Below, one piece after another: positions 10,638 through 20,966 of a stretch of 64,000 nt of DNA. The notes below the pieces were generated by a model. It ran no database searches. It was not told where the DNA came from and saw only the letters and a list, made by a program, of their open reading frames with translations. The translations under genes and the position numbers were made by a program. Positions within the stretch are counted from its first letter, which is position 1. Every line of letters starts with the position of its first letter. The DNA is from an uncultured Acidobacteriota bacterium (GTDB taxonomy: Bacteria; Acidobacteriota; Terriglobia; Bryobacterales; Bryobacteraceae), in assembly GCA_963720745.1 (NCBI GenBank), contig CAVRGO010000004.1, positions 3,446,797 through 3,510,796 of the forward strand, given 5' to 3'.

Positions 10638-13493
10638 ATGGCTCGAGTTGGTCAGAAACAGCTTCCGGATGCTCTCCTCGTCCTCGAGGATCTTCCCGCC
10701 GCTCTCGCCTACCTGGATGCTGTGGGTCGCTTCCGGTACGTGAATCACGCGGCGGAGGCTCTGTTCGGGCAGCCCCGGGAGCAGATGACCGGCAAACATC
10801 TGCACGATTTTGTCGTGCCGGAGTATTCTGCGATCGCTGAACAGCGTTTCCAGCTTGCTGCTTGCGGAGTACACCAGGAAAACCGGACCGCGTTGAACGG
10901 CGACGGTGCGGCCTCGCGCGAGGTGTACGTATCGTACATCCCATATCGTTATCCCCCCGATGACGTGGCTGGCGTAATCTGCGTTTTCCGAGAGGCGGCG
11001 GCGGACCGCTTCTCTCGACCCGTCATCGATTCGCTGCCTGAAAGCGTTCAGGTGATCGACCGGGATGGAAAAATCCTCTACGTCAACCGCGCCGGACGGG
11101 AAATGTTCGCGCCGGATGACGCCGCCGCAGTGATCGGAAAGTGTGTGTATCCGTGGATCAGCGAGCGCGACCGCGATCGGTTTCGGTCGATTCACGAAAG
11201 TATTTTCGAGGGCGGTTCCGCGCATAAGCTCGAGTTTTCCGCGCGAACGCTCCACGGAATGGAACGGACGTTTGAGGCGGACGTGATGGCCTTGTGCTCG
11301 GAGCGCGGGCAGGTGCTCGGGGCACTGTCAATAGCGCGAGACATCACCGCACGAAAGCGCGACGAGTGGCACGATGCATTCCTGGTCCGGCTCGACGACG
11401 CGATCCGCTCGGTTTCCGATCCCGCGGAGATCACCTACACGGCCGCCCGGTTGTTGTGCGACCACCTCGGCGCAGATCGCTGTTCGTATGCGGAGATCAG
11501 CACCGGGAACGCTAACGTCGATGTGCTGGGTAACTACTCACCGGCGGTGCCCAGCATCATCGGGAGATATGCAACACCGTCGTTCGGACCCGAGTTTCTT
11601 TCCCGAATGAGTGCCGGCAAGCCGTACGTGTTCCGCGACTCGCGGCGCGAGTTGGACGCCGCGGCGGCCGATGCGTATGAGGCAATGAACATCGCGGCCA
11701 TTATTGCAATTCCGATCCTGAAGGACGGACGCCTGGTAGCCGGCCTAGGTTTGCATCAATCCACTCCCAGGGACTGGCACGCGGATGAGATTCGCCTGGT
11801 GGAGAACGTTGCGAACCGCTGCTGGGAATCGATCGAGCGCGGACGAATCGAACGGGCGCTTCGAGCGAGCGAAGAACAATTCCGAACGTTGGCGGATGCA
11901 ATTCCCAATCTGGCGTGGATGGCCCACCCGGATGGGAATATCTTCTGGTACAACCGGCGCTGGTATGAGTATACGGGCACATCTCCCGAGCAGGTGGAGG
12001 GCTGGGGGTGGCAAGCCATACACGACCCGGCTGTGCTGCCCGAGGTGTTGGAACGATGGCGGCGTAGCATCGAGAACGCTGAGCCATTCGAAATGGTGTT
12101 TCCGCTGCGCGGCCGCAACGGGGAATTCCGTTCGTTTCTGACGCGGATCGAGCCCATCCGGGACAGTTCGGGACGGGTGATTCGCTGGTTCGGAACGAAC
12201 ACGGACATCACGCTTCAGCAGGAGGCAGAGCGACGGGAAAAGCGGCTGCGTCAAACGGCTGAACTTCTCAATCGTGTCGCGCCGCTCATCCTGACCGAAT
12301 TGGAAGAGGAGACACTCGCACAGCGAATCACCGCGATTGCGACCGCTGCCGTAGGGGCTGAATTCGGAGTGCTTCTGCGCAACGCGACAACCGCGGGTCA
12401 GCAGCGCTTCAATGTCTACGCCGTTTCGGATATCGATCGACAAAGGTTCACCGGATCGCGAATCGGCAGGAATGCTGCGCTGATCGCCTCGATATTCGAG
12501 GAAGACGTTGTGCGTCGATCCGAGGACATCACGCGAGACTCCCGGTACGCGACGAGTTCGCCGGATCCGGACAGTTCAGACGGCGGGATTTCCGTGCGGA
12601 GTTACCTGGCTGTCCCGATCAAATCGAGGCAGGGAAACGTGCTGGCCGCGCTGGTTTTCGGACATTCCCGGCCGGGCGTCTTTACGGATCAAGCAGAATC
12701 GATGGCCAAAGGCATCGGGGCACAAGCCGCGATTGCGCTCGATAACGCGCTGCTATTCAACGAGACCAAACGCTCAGGGGAGGCGCTCCAGCGGATCAAC
12801 GAGGATTTGAGCCGCGTCAACGACGACCTGAAACAGTTCGCGTATTCCGCTTCCCACGATTTGCGCGAGCCGCTGCGAATGGTGTCGCTGTACAGCCAGT
12901 TTCTCGGACGCGTGCTGCAGAACAAACTCGCCGATGAAGAAAAGCTATATCTCGAGTACGTACTGAAAGGTGCGACTCGGATGGAGGCTCTGATCCGCGA
13001 CCTGCTGTCCTATTCACAGTCGGACGCAACGCCGGAGGTCTCGGTTCTTTGCACCGACGCAAAAGAATCGCTGCGGCAGGCGATCGCGAACCTTTCTACA
13101 GTCGTCGAAGAAACGAAGGCACGCATCACATACGGCGACCTTCCTCGCGTCAAGATTGCCGAGGTGCACCTGGTTCAGGTTTTTCAGAACCTCTTAGGAA
13201 ACGCGCTAAAGTATCGACGAGCCGAGACGCCCGAAGTTCACGTCGAAGCGGTGCAGGACGGAGCATATTGCGTGTTTTCGATCGCCGACAACGGCATAGG
13301 AATCGAGGCTCAATACAGAGAGCAGATCTTCGGAATCTTCAAGCGTCTCCACACGCAGGACGAGTATTCCGGGACCGGCATCGGACTGGCGATCTGCCAA
13401 CGGATCATACGTCGCGCCGGAGGCCGGATCTGGGTGGATTCCGAGCCGGGACGAGGATCGACTTTTTACTTCACGCTTTCGCCGGTGGATTGA
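10638..13493 (+). CDS. multi-PAS/GAF sensor histidine kinase (951 aa)
   Basis: Several PAS segments and a GAF domain, then H-box SHDLREPLRMV and HATPase_c (DNGIGI...GTGIGLAI). No receiver domain and no adjacent response regulator. Confidence 0.9.
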   Translation: MARVGQKQLPDALLVLEDLPAALAYLDAVGRFRYVNHAAEALFGQPREQMTGKHLHDFVVPEYSAIAEQRFQLAACGVHQENRTALNGDGAASREVYVSYIPYRYPPDDVAGVICVFREAAADRFSRPVIDSLPESVQVIDRDGKILYVNRAGREMFAPDDAAAVIGKCVYPWISERDRDRFRSIHESIFEGGSAHKLEFSARTLHGMERTFEADVMALCSERGQVLGALSIARDITARKRDEWHDAFLVRLDDAIRSVSDPAEITYTAARLLCDHLGADRCSYAEISTGNANVDVLGNYSPAVPSIIGRYATPSFGPEFLSRMSAGKPYVFRDSRRELDAAAADAYEAMNIAAIIAIPILKDGRLVAGLGLHQSTPRDWHADEIRLVENVANRCWESIERGRIERALRASEEQFRTLADAIPNLAWMAHPDGNIFWYNRRWYEYTGTSPEQVEGWGWQAIHDPAVLPEVLERWRRSIENAEPFEMVFPLRGRNGEFRSFLTRIEPIRDSSGRVIRWFGTNTDITLQQEAERREKRLRQTAELLNRVAPLILTELEEETLAQRITAIATAAVGAEFGVLLRNATTAGQQRFNVYAVSDIDRQRFTGSRIGRNAALIASIFEEDVVRRSEDITRDSRYATSSPDPDSSDGGISVRSYLAVPIKSRQGNVLAALVFGHSRPGVFTDQAESMAKGIGAQAAIALDNALLFNETKRSGEALQRINEDLSRVNDDLKQFAYSASHDLREPLRMVSLYSQFLGRVLQNKLADEEKLYLEYVLKGATRMEALIRDLLSYSQSDATPEVSVLCTDAKESLRQAIANLSTVVEETKARITYGDLPRVKIAEVHLVQVFQNLLGNALKYRRAETPEVHVEAVQDGAYCVFSIADNGIGIEAQYREQIFGIFKRLHTQDEYSGTGIGLAICQRIIRRAGGRIWVDSEPGRGSTFYFTLSPVD

Positions 13494-13502
13494 AATCGCC
13501 GC

Positions 13503-15632
13503 CTATTTCGGTGTGACGCCAAGTTCGTAAAACAAAAACGAATAGGCGTCGGCGGCCTGCTCGATTGCTTTCGTCGTATTGCTTGCGCCGTGTCCCGACT
13601 TGGTATCGATGCGGATCAGCACCGGGTTCTCGGGGCTGGCCTTCTCCTGCATGGTGGCGGCGTACTTGAAGGAGTGCGCGGGCACGACGCGATCGTCATG
13701 GTCGGCTGTGGTGATCAGCGTTGCCGGGTACCTCACTCCGGGGCGGACATTGTGGAGCGGCGAGTAGGCATACAACGCCCGGAATTCCGCCTCGTTGTCG
13801 CTGGATCCGTAGTCCGCGATCCAATTCCACCCGATCGTGAATTTGTGGAACCGAAGCATGTCCATAACGCCGACGGCCGGCAGTGCGGCACGGAACAACT
13901 CGGGCCGCTGGTTGATGACGGCGCCGACGAGCAGACCGCCGTTCGAACCACCTTGTACGGCGAGTTTCGAGGGCGAAGTGTACTTGTTCGCGATCAGCCA
14001 CTCGGCGGCAGCGATGAAATCGTCGAAGACATTCTGTTTCTGGAGTTTCATCCCGGCCCGGTGCCACGCTTCGCCATATTCGCCGCCGCCGCGAATACAG
14101 GCGCTCGCGTAGACGAAGCCTTGTTCCAGCAGCGCCAGACGCGCGGACTGGAAGTTCGGATGATTGGTGATATTGAAGCCGCCGTAACCATACAGGAGCG
14201 TCGGATTGTTGCCGTCCAGTTTCAGTCCCTTTTTGTAGACGAGGAACATGGGGACGCGAGTGCCGTCCCGGCTGGTATAGAACACCTGCCGGGTTTCGAG
14301 TTCGGCCGAATCGAACCCCGGAATCACCGGCGCACGAAATACCGAACTCTTATGGGCGGCGATGTCGTAGCGAAAAATCGTGGCCGGGTAGTTGAGCGCA
14401 GCGTATTGGTAGAAGAGAAAGGGATCGTCGGGCTCCGAAGAGACCTCGTCGGCGGTGCCGGGGCCCGGCAATTCGATTTCATTCTCTTTACGGCCGTCCA
14501 TACCGTAGACACAAATGCGGCTGGTTACGTCTTTTGAGGACTGCACAACGATCCTGCCGCCAGCGAGATTCACGCCGCGAATGGGATCGGGCTGCTGCGG
14601 AATCAGATCGCTCCACGAACCGGACGCGACATCGAAGGCTGCCACTTTTGCGTTCGGCGCCTCATGATTCGTGCGGATGAACAGCCGCGTTCCGGCGCTG
14701 CCGGCGACTTCGTACTCGTCGTTGGTGATTTCGGCGATGACGGGCGCGAATGTCTTTTCGCCGGCCGCGAGGTCCTGACAATAGACGGCATTTCCATCTT
14801 TGCCCTTCCCGCGATCGGAGATGTAGAGAATCGCGAAACGCTCGTCGGGGGTGGTCTCGATATTGTGGAACCGCTGCGGGTTGGCGTTATCTTCATAGAT
14901 CAGTTCATCGTCGGATTGGGGATGCCCCACCTGGTGCAGATACACTTTGTGGAACTCGTTCTTCGACGATAATTCGTGACCTTTTTCCGGCGCGGGATAC
15001 CGGCTGTAGTAGAACGCATGACCCGCCCACGCGATGCCGGAGGCTTTGCTCCAGAGCAGCCTGTCGGAAAGTTCGGTGCGGGACGAAACGTCCATCACGT
15101 GGATTTCGTGCCAATCCGAGCCTCCGCTGGAAAGCGCGTACGCGGCATAGCGGCCGTCCTTCGAAACTTCGAACAGAGCCAGACGAACTGTGCCGTCGGG
15201 CGACAACTTGTTGGGATCGAGCAGCACTTCCGGTTTCCCATCGATTCCCTTTTGCAGATAGACGACATTCTGATTCTGCAGTCCCTCGTTCTTCGTGAAG
15301 AAGAAATAGTCGCCGCGATGCTTCGGAAGTGTGTAGCGGGGATAGTTAAACAACTGCTCCAGCCGTTGCTTCACCTTCTGCCGGTACGGGATGCGATCAA
15401 GGAACGCGAAGGTGACTTTGTTTTCGGCCTCCACCCACTGTGCCGTTTCCGCCGAGCGGTCGTCCTCCAGCCAGCGATAGGGATCCGGTACTCGCACCCC
15501 GTGGTACACGTCGACGTGATCGACCCTCTTCGTTGCCGGATACTGCACAGGGCCGCCGGCTCCGTTAGCGGCTGTCATAGACAATCCGGCGAGCGCGGCG
15601 GCAGCGGCCGCAAGAGAAGGTCTGATGTGCAT
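13503..15632 (-). CDS. prolyl oligopeptidase (S9A family), secreted
   Basis: S9 catalytic GGSNGGLL motif and a beta-propeller N-domain. I preferred the internal start MHIRPSLAAAAA, which gives a signal peptide and a GGAA RBS; the ORF track extends to 15743. Confidence 0.88.
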   Translation of the reverse strand: MHIRPSLAAAAAALAGLSMTAANGAGGPVQYPATKRVDHVDVYHGVRVPDPYRWLEDDRSAETAQWVEAENKVTFAFLDRIPYRQKVKQRLEQLFNYPRYTLPKHRGDYFFFTKNEGLQNQNVVYLQKGIDGKPEVLLDPNKLSPDGTVRLALFEVSKDGRYAAYALSSGGSDWHEIHVMDVSSRTELSDRLLWSKASGIAWAGHAFYYSRYPAPEKGHELSSKNEFHKVYLHQVGHPQSDDELIYEDNANPQRFHNIETTPDERFAILYISDRGKGKDGNAVYCQDLAAGEKTFAPVIAEITNDEYEVAGSAGTRLFIRTNHEAPNAKVAAFDVASGSWSDLIPQQPDPIRGVNLAGGRIVVQSSKDVTSRICVYGMDGRKENEIELPGPGTADEVSSEPDDPFLFYQYAALNYPATIFRYDIAAHKSSVFRAPVIPGFDSAELETRQVFYTSRDGTRVPMFLVYKKGLKLDGNNPTLLYGYGGFNITNHPNFQSARLALLEQGFVYASACIRGGGEYGEAWHRAGMKLQKQNVFDDFIAAAEWLIANKYTSPSKLAVQGGSNGGLLVGAVINQRPELFRAALPAVGVMDMLRFHKFTIGWNWIADYGSSDNEAEFRALYAYSPLHNVRPGVRYPATLITTADHDDRVVPAHSFKYAATMQEKASPENPVLIRIDTKSGHGASNTTKAIEQAADAYSFLFYELGVTPK

Positions 15633-15810
15633 GACGGCATTCCTTTCGTGAACCGCAGTGTACACCAGGGGACGCGGGCCCTGTCGCCGGGTGACGGTGA
15701 GGGCTATGTAAGGGACGCCCGAAAAACAAAAAGGACGGGACAACTCTGAGGGGTGAGTGTCCCGCCCGAATGGAACTGGTGGATGTAGCTGCGGGTCTGG
15801 CGGGATGCAG

Positions 15811-16170
15811 CTACTTGCCTGCCACCAGTCCAGAATTCTCTTCCGCGGAATTCTGTTTGAAGGTGACCTTGTTATCGGTTCCGCCTACGCGGATCTCTTT
15901 GAGACGATACTTGCCATCCTCACCGAGGCAGCACACGCTGGTGCTGGCGAACTTCCCGGGTGCAGTCTCCACCACAACGTCGGCTTCAACCGCAGTCTTC
16001 CCGTGCTTCAGAATGGCCTTGTTCCCGTCGAGTTCGAGTTTGTAGTCGCCGGCTTTGATTTCCGTGCCGTTCACGACGGCAGGTTTTTGAAAGTTAACGT
16101 GGTAGCCGGACGCTGCCCAGGCGAGCGCCACAGCGAAAAATACGAACGCGACGGGGATGTTTTTGGTCAT
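15811..16170 (-). CDS. small secreted hypothetical protein
   Basis: 119 aa with an N-terminal signal peptide. An AT-rich promoter-like region lies upstream. Confidence 0.6.
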   Translation of the reverse strand: MTKNIPVAFVFFAVALAWAASGYHVNFQKPAVVNGTEIKAGDYKLELDGNKAILKHGKTAVEADVVVETAPGKFASTSVCCLGEDGKYRLKEIRVGGTDNKVTFKQNSAEENSGLVAGK

Positions 16171-16340
16171 GTCAGTGTCTCTTCCCAGTAGTGCGTGACA
16201 GCAATAGAAAATGGTACGTCGTAAAATTACTTAACACTGTACATCAATCTAATGACGTTATCAAGAGGGGCAGCTTACACGGTTGACGCAATTCGGCCCA
16301 GAGGCTCAAAAGGAGACGCGAGGATATACGGCGCTTCAGC

Positions 16341-16799
16341 TCATCGTCCCGCCACGGTGCTGAAGTTGCTTCCAAAAGCGTCAGGCAGGTTGCTGCGGCT
16401 CGGGCGGCTGGGAATAAATCCGTGCGTAAGCGCCCATCGGGCGTCCGCCGAAACGATGTGATGGATCACCCAGCCTTCCAGGAAATTCATGACCTTCCGG
16501 TCCAGCGGGAGCTGCCCCAGGACGACGCCGTCCTTAATGGCCGCGAGTTGTCGTCGCAAACTGGCATGCTCCTCTTGGTGCGCTGTTAACTCAGGGTAGG
16601 CGCGGGATTTAAGCAGACGCTCCTCGAAACCGAAATGGAAAATCGCGTATCGCTGCAGGGCCGAAAGACTCTGCTCGATAGCCCGCTGATCGAGTGTCTG
16701 CGCCAATCGATGAACGTCGTTCGTGAGGTCCGCTAAAATGCGATGTTGCAAATCGATGGAGGTGATCCCGGTCAAGTAGCGCGACTCCCACGGCAGCAT
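16341..16799 (-). CDS. hemerythrin-like metal-binding protein (bacteriohemerythrin)
   Basis: HHE cation-binding motifs (IDxQH..., HFxxEE, HH). The start MLPWESRYL matches the usual hemerythrin N-terminus. Confidence 0.8.
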   Translation of the reverse strand: MLPWESRYLTGITSIDLQHRILADLTNDVHRLAQTLDQRAIEQSLSALQRYAIFHFGFEERLLKSRAYPELTAHQEEHASLRRQLAAIKDGVVLGQLPLDRKVMNFLEGWVIHHIVSADARWALTHGFIPSRPSRSNLPDAFGSNFSTVAGR

Positions 16800-16951
16800 T
16801 GGCCTTGTTTTCCTTTCCGCGATCGGCTGGCCGGGCCCGACATGAGAAGAGAGGCCGGCGCCCATGCCTGTCTACTAGTCCAATGCGTGGAAAGTTCTTC
16901 TCACGGACGGGGGAACGGGGCGTGGATGAAGATGAATTATGATGAGCCAGA

Positions 16952-17287
16952 ATGGCTGAACCCGAATTGAAGCGTATCTGCTTCACCTTACAAGTGAAGA
17001 AAGACCGGTTGGACGAGTACAAGGAAAGACATCGCGCTGTGTGGCCCGACATGCTCGCGGCGCTCCACCGCACCGGCTGGCACAACTATTCGCTGTTTCT
17101 GCGGGAGGACGGACTGCTGATCGGCTACGTCGAGACCCCCGATTTCGACAGCGCTTTAAGACTAATGGCCGAAACGGACGTCAATGCGCGTTGGCAATCG
17201 GAGATGGCCAAGTTCTTCGAGGGTGTTCCCGGCAGACATGCGGACGAGCAGATGGCCACCATCCCCGAGGTGTTCCACCTCGACTGA
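16952..17287 (+). CDS. rhaM: L-rhamnose mutarotase
   Basis: RhaM family signature (YKERHRAVWPD...GWHNYSLFLREDGLLIGYVE). Confidence 0.85.
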   Translation: MAEPELKRICFTLQVKKDRLDEYKERHRAVWPDMLAALHRTGWHNYSLFLREDGLLIGYVETPDFDSALRLMAETDVNARWQSEMAKFFEGVPGRHADEQMATIPEVFHLD

Positions 17288-17304
17288 CGCTGACCCATAC
17301 GCAT

Positions 17305-18360
17305 CTACGGAGCGGACGGATAGACGTAGCGTACGGAGGTCATCCAATAGTTCAAGTGGCCGTTTCGTCCGTCCCAGATCTGTCGCGCGATTTGAGAAAC
17401 CTGCCCGGATAGGAACAGGGTGCCTTGCGGATTGGCGAAAATGCGGCGGTGCGCGCCTACAGTCCATTGGGCTTCGAGGTGATTGTCGCTTGGCCGGAGG
17501 CGGCCTCCGTCGACGCCGCCCGCGTAAGCGAACAGCGTCATCGATTTGGCAACGGGAGCCTCCAGTCCTTCGATCACCGACCAGACAGGAACACGGTCGG
17601 GAACAATTCCGAGTGCCTCCGGGCCTTCGCCGCGTGCCGCGAACTGCTGCCCGACGAGCTGCAGCCTGGAGTTCAGCTTGACCAAGTGGGCGAGCATCAC
17701 TCCCCGCCGCCCGCGAGTTCCCGCCATTACACCGGCCTCCAGGTGGGCTCGCTTACGATCCTCGACGATCTTGAAAAGATATCTTCCGCCGCTTTCCCAC
17801 TCGATGGCCGCTTCCATGCCATGCGGCAGTTCACGGGTGAGGCGCACCTGCCGCCGTCGCACGCCGATCAAACCCACGTGGTACGCGGGTTCGATCACCA
17901 TCGTGTTCATCAGAGCCGTTTCACTGGTAAGTCCGCGGCGGTTTGGACGCAAAAGGCTCCAGCCGTGGCCGGCCATGATGCTCCATTTGCCCTGCTTGTA
18001 CTCACCCCAGTACTGCCGCCAGCGCCAGGGTGCGTCTCCCTTCGGCGTCAGGAAATCGGCCTCGAGATAACCGGTCAGTATCCCGGCTGCGAGAGGTGTT
18101 TCGCCATGGAGCGCGATTCGGGAGTGAGAAAAGGACCATAGAGTCTCCGAAGGTGTGTTTTCAGTGAGGGGAATGAAAGAGAAGCGGGTGCTAATCGTAT
18201 CGCCAGTAGTTTCCGACCGCCCTTCTGCGATCACATCGAAGAAGCCGGAAGGCCGGAGAAGAACTCTCCCGAGATGAAAATCCCCCTGCCGCGCGGTAGC
18301 GTCCTGTGCCTGGCTAACTCCCCATGCGCAGCAGAAGGCTATCGCAAGACTGAAACGCAT
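17305..18360 (-). CDS. hypothetical secreted / outer-membrane-like protein
   Basis: Signal peptide, then a beta-rich sequence with alternating polarity. No assignable family. Confidence 0.65.
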   Translation of the reverse strand: MRFSLAIAFCCAWGVSQAQDATARQGDFHLGRVLLRPSGFFDVIAEGRSETTGDTISTRFSFIPLTENTPSETLWSFSHSRIALHGETPLAAGILTGYLEADFLTPKGDAPWRWRQYWGEYKQGKWSIMAGHGWSLLRPNRRGLTSETALMNTMVIEPAYHVGLIGVRRRQVRLTRELPHGMEAAIEWESGGRYLFKIVEDRKRAHLEAGVMAGTRGRRGVMLAHLVKLNSRLQLVGQQFAARGEGPEALGIVPDRVPVWSVIEGLEAPVAKSMTLFAYAGGVDGGRLRPSDNHLEAQWTVGAHRRIFANPQGTLFLSGQVSQIARQIWDGRNGHLNYWMTSVRYVYPSAP

Positions 18361-18596
18361 CTGTTACTGAATCGTAACATCGATGAGTCGGCTAATTCAC
18401 TTTGAGCCGACTCGAATGGCGGTTTTCGGGTGCAAAGAGACGCGGTGGCAAATTAGCGCCCCGAAGGACGGTTGAGGCTCCCTCAGCAGAGGGTTCATCG
18501 CGGACTGCTAAAATCTGAGCTAATGCACGAACGACGATCCACAGGTTCAGCGATCCTGGCGCGGAGAGGCCGCCTTCCTGAAGCAGCTTTACGGAT

Positions 18597-19571
18597 ATGT
18601 TCGTGCTGAGCAGGCGTCAATTCTTCACCGCGCTTCCGGCTGCCGCCACATTTCCGGCGGGGTGTACAAGTTTTCGCCGGAAGGTGATCGCTGTAATCCC
18701 GAAAGCCACGTCTCACCTGTTCTGGGTTTCGGTTCAGGCGGGAGCTCTGGCCGCAGGCAAGGAATTGAACGTCGATATCGTGTGGAACGGCCCCGCCCAG
18801 GAGACGGAGTTTGACCGGCAAGTGCAGATTGTCGATTCCATGGTGGCGCGCCGGGTCAGCGGGATCGCCGTGGCAGCGGCGGAGCGGAATGCACTGATCC
18901 CTCCGATCGACCGCGCTATGGCGAGCGGCATCCCCGTGGCCGTTTTCGACTCAGGCATCGATTCTCTGAACTACACCACGTTTCTCGCAACGAACAACTA
19001 CGAAGCCGGCCAGTTCGGCGGACGCGCGCTCGCCGAATTGCTGCGCGGCAAAGGGCGTGTTGCGGTGTTGATGCATGCACCGGGAAGCGAATCGACGATG
19101 GATCGGGAGAAAGGATTCGACGAACTGATGCAGACCGACTATCCCGACATCAAGATCGTGGCCCGGCAATTCGGGATGTCGGACGCCTCGAAGGCGCGGG
19201 CTGCCGCGGAAAACATTCTGGCGGCGAATCCCGATCTCGATGGGTTGTTTGCAACGTCGGAGCCGAGCAGCATGGGGGCCGCGCTCGCGCTGAAATCCGC
19301 AGGCCGCGCCGGGAAAACGCGGTTCGTGTCATTCGATGCGAACGACCGGCTGGTGGAGGAACTTCGATCCGGCGTTATCGACGCGATCGTCGTGCAGGAC
19401 CCGTTTCGCATGGGATTCGAATCCGTCCGCATGCTGGTGACGAAGCTGCGCGGGCGCACACCCGCGAAGCGAGTCGACTTGCACGCGAGTGTCGTTCGCA
19501 GAGGAGATCTGGAGAAGCCGGAGATTCAGGCATTGCTGAATCCCACGGTGAGCCGGTACCTCAACCCGTGA
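18597..19571 (+). CDS. sugar ABC-transporter periplasmic substrate-binding protein (type I PBP, RhaS/RbsB-like), Tat signal
   Basis: SRRQFF twin-arginine motif and a periplasmic-binding-protein fold. No permease or ATPase gene is adjacent. Confidence 0.82.
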   Translation: MFVLSRRQFFTALPAAATFPAGCTSFRRKVIAVIPKATSHLFWVSVQAGALAAGKELNVDIVWNGPAQETEFDRQVQIVDSMVARRVSGIAVAAAERNALIPPIDRAMASGIPVAVFDSGIDSLNYTTFLATNNYEAGQFGGRALAELLRGKGRVAVLMHAPGSESTMDREKGFDELMQTDYPDIKIVARQFGMSDASKARAAAENILAANPDLDGLFATSEPSSMGAALALKSAGRAGKTRFVSFDANDRLVEELRSGVIDAIVVQDPFRMGFESVRMLVTKLRGRTPAKRVDLHASVVRRGDLEKPEIQALLNPTVSRYLNP

Positions 19572-19574
19572 GTT

Positions 19575-20726
19575 TCAAGCTGCCGCTGCGTATACACGTT
19601 CGCCGCCGAGATACGTTTCCAGCACTCGAATGGCTCCCGTCTCCTTGTCTTTTCGAAAGACGATGAGATCCGCGCGTTCGGCCACCGATAACCCCCGCTG
19701 CCGTCCCGCGATGCGGCCGACGCGCGCCGGGTTGACTGTCGCCATCGCGATCGCTTCCCGCTGGCTAACTCCGGCAAGGCGCATGACATTCGCGACACCA
19801 TAGTCCATGGTCAGGGCAGATCCGGCAAGGCGAGTTCCACCGCGCAAACGGACGCTGCGATCCTCGTGGAGTTCCACCTCCACTTCGCCCAGCATGTAAG
19901 GGCCGGGCTCGCATCCGGCAGGCATCACCGCGTCGGTGATGAGAACCGCGCGTTCGGTGCCCTTCGCACGTAATGCGACCTTCAGAAATGCGGCGCCGAG
20001 GTGGATGCCATCGACAATGAAGCTGGCGGCGAGACGGTCCTGCGCAAGTTGTTCCCAGATGTAGTTGGGGTGCCGCGACAGCATCGAGTGCGCACCGTTG
20101 CCCATGTGCGTGGAGAGGGTCGCTCCGGCGTTCACTGCATCCTCGATTTGCTGCGCGTCCGCTTTCGTGTGTCCGATACTGACGACCACACCTTCCCGTA
20201 CGAGCCGTTCGATATAAGAAGGCGTGCCCGGCCACTCCGGCGAGACGGTCACCAGACGCACGTTGCCGTTGGCCGCTTCCTGCCAGCGCTGGAACTCGTC
20301 GTAATCGGGAGGGCGCACCCAGCGTTGCGGATGCGCGCCGCGCGGGCCGTCTTCGGGCGAGATATTCGGACCCTCCACATGGAACGCCTCCATGGCGGGG
20401 CCTTCCTGCAGGGTCTCTTTCGCTCGAGCCAGGTTGCGCAGCGCTCCCGTGATATTATCCGGCGATCCGGTGATTACGGTTGGAAAGAAGCGCGTAACAC
20501 CGGTAGCGAATAATGCCTGGACCGATTGTCCGATTCTCTCTTGCGCGGATTCGGGAGAGCAGTAATCCACGCCCGCGAATCCATTCACCTGAATGTCGAT
20601 GAATCCGGGCGCAATGAAAGGAAGGTCCGTTTGGGGCGCAATCAGATGATCGACTCCATCAATCACCGTGCCGGCCGATACCTGCACTGCCTCGCCCGAG
20701 GCCGCATCGATGCCGCTACATTTCAT
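19575..20726 (-). CDS. nagA: N-acetylglucosamine-6-phosphate deacetylase
   Basis: GFIDIQVNGFAGVD motif and collinear similarity to NagA amidohydrolases. Confidence 0.85.
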   Translation of the reverse strand: MKCSGIDAASGEAVQVSAGTVIDGVDHLIAPQTDLPFIAPGFIDIQVNGFAGVDYCSPESAQERIGQSVQALFATGVTRFFPTVITGSPDNITGALRNLARAKETLQEGPAMEAFHVEGPNISPEDGPRGAHPQRWVRPPDYDEFQRWQEAANGNVRLVTVSPEWPGTPSYIERLVREGVVVSIGHTKADAQQIEDAVNAGATLSTHMGNGAHSMLSRHPNYIWEQLAQDRLAASFIVDGIHLGAAFLKVALRAKGTERAVLITDAVMPAGCEPGPYMLGEVEVELHEDRSVRLRGGTRLAGSALTMDYGVANVMRLAGVSQREAIAMATVNPARVGRIAGRQRGLSVAERADLIVFRKDKETGAIRVLETYLGGERVYAAAA

Positions 20727-20966
20727 AGAGTTCTCGTTTTATGCACAACAATCCCACAACCGCCGGATCGTAAACCGCTGAATTCGTGAGGGAAATAACT
20801 GTTGAAAACCGGCGGCGAGAGGGCGATTTACTCTGGCCAAACCGCACTCCGGCTGATACAACAGTTGCAGATCCTCTGCAGGTGCGGCCCGGGCGTAGAA
20901 TCTCGGGGGAGGTGGACGTCTTGGCCGTCACCTGCGGATCGATCATCTTCCGTTCAGCCTCGCCGC

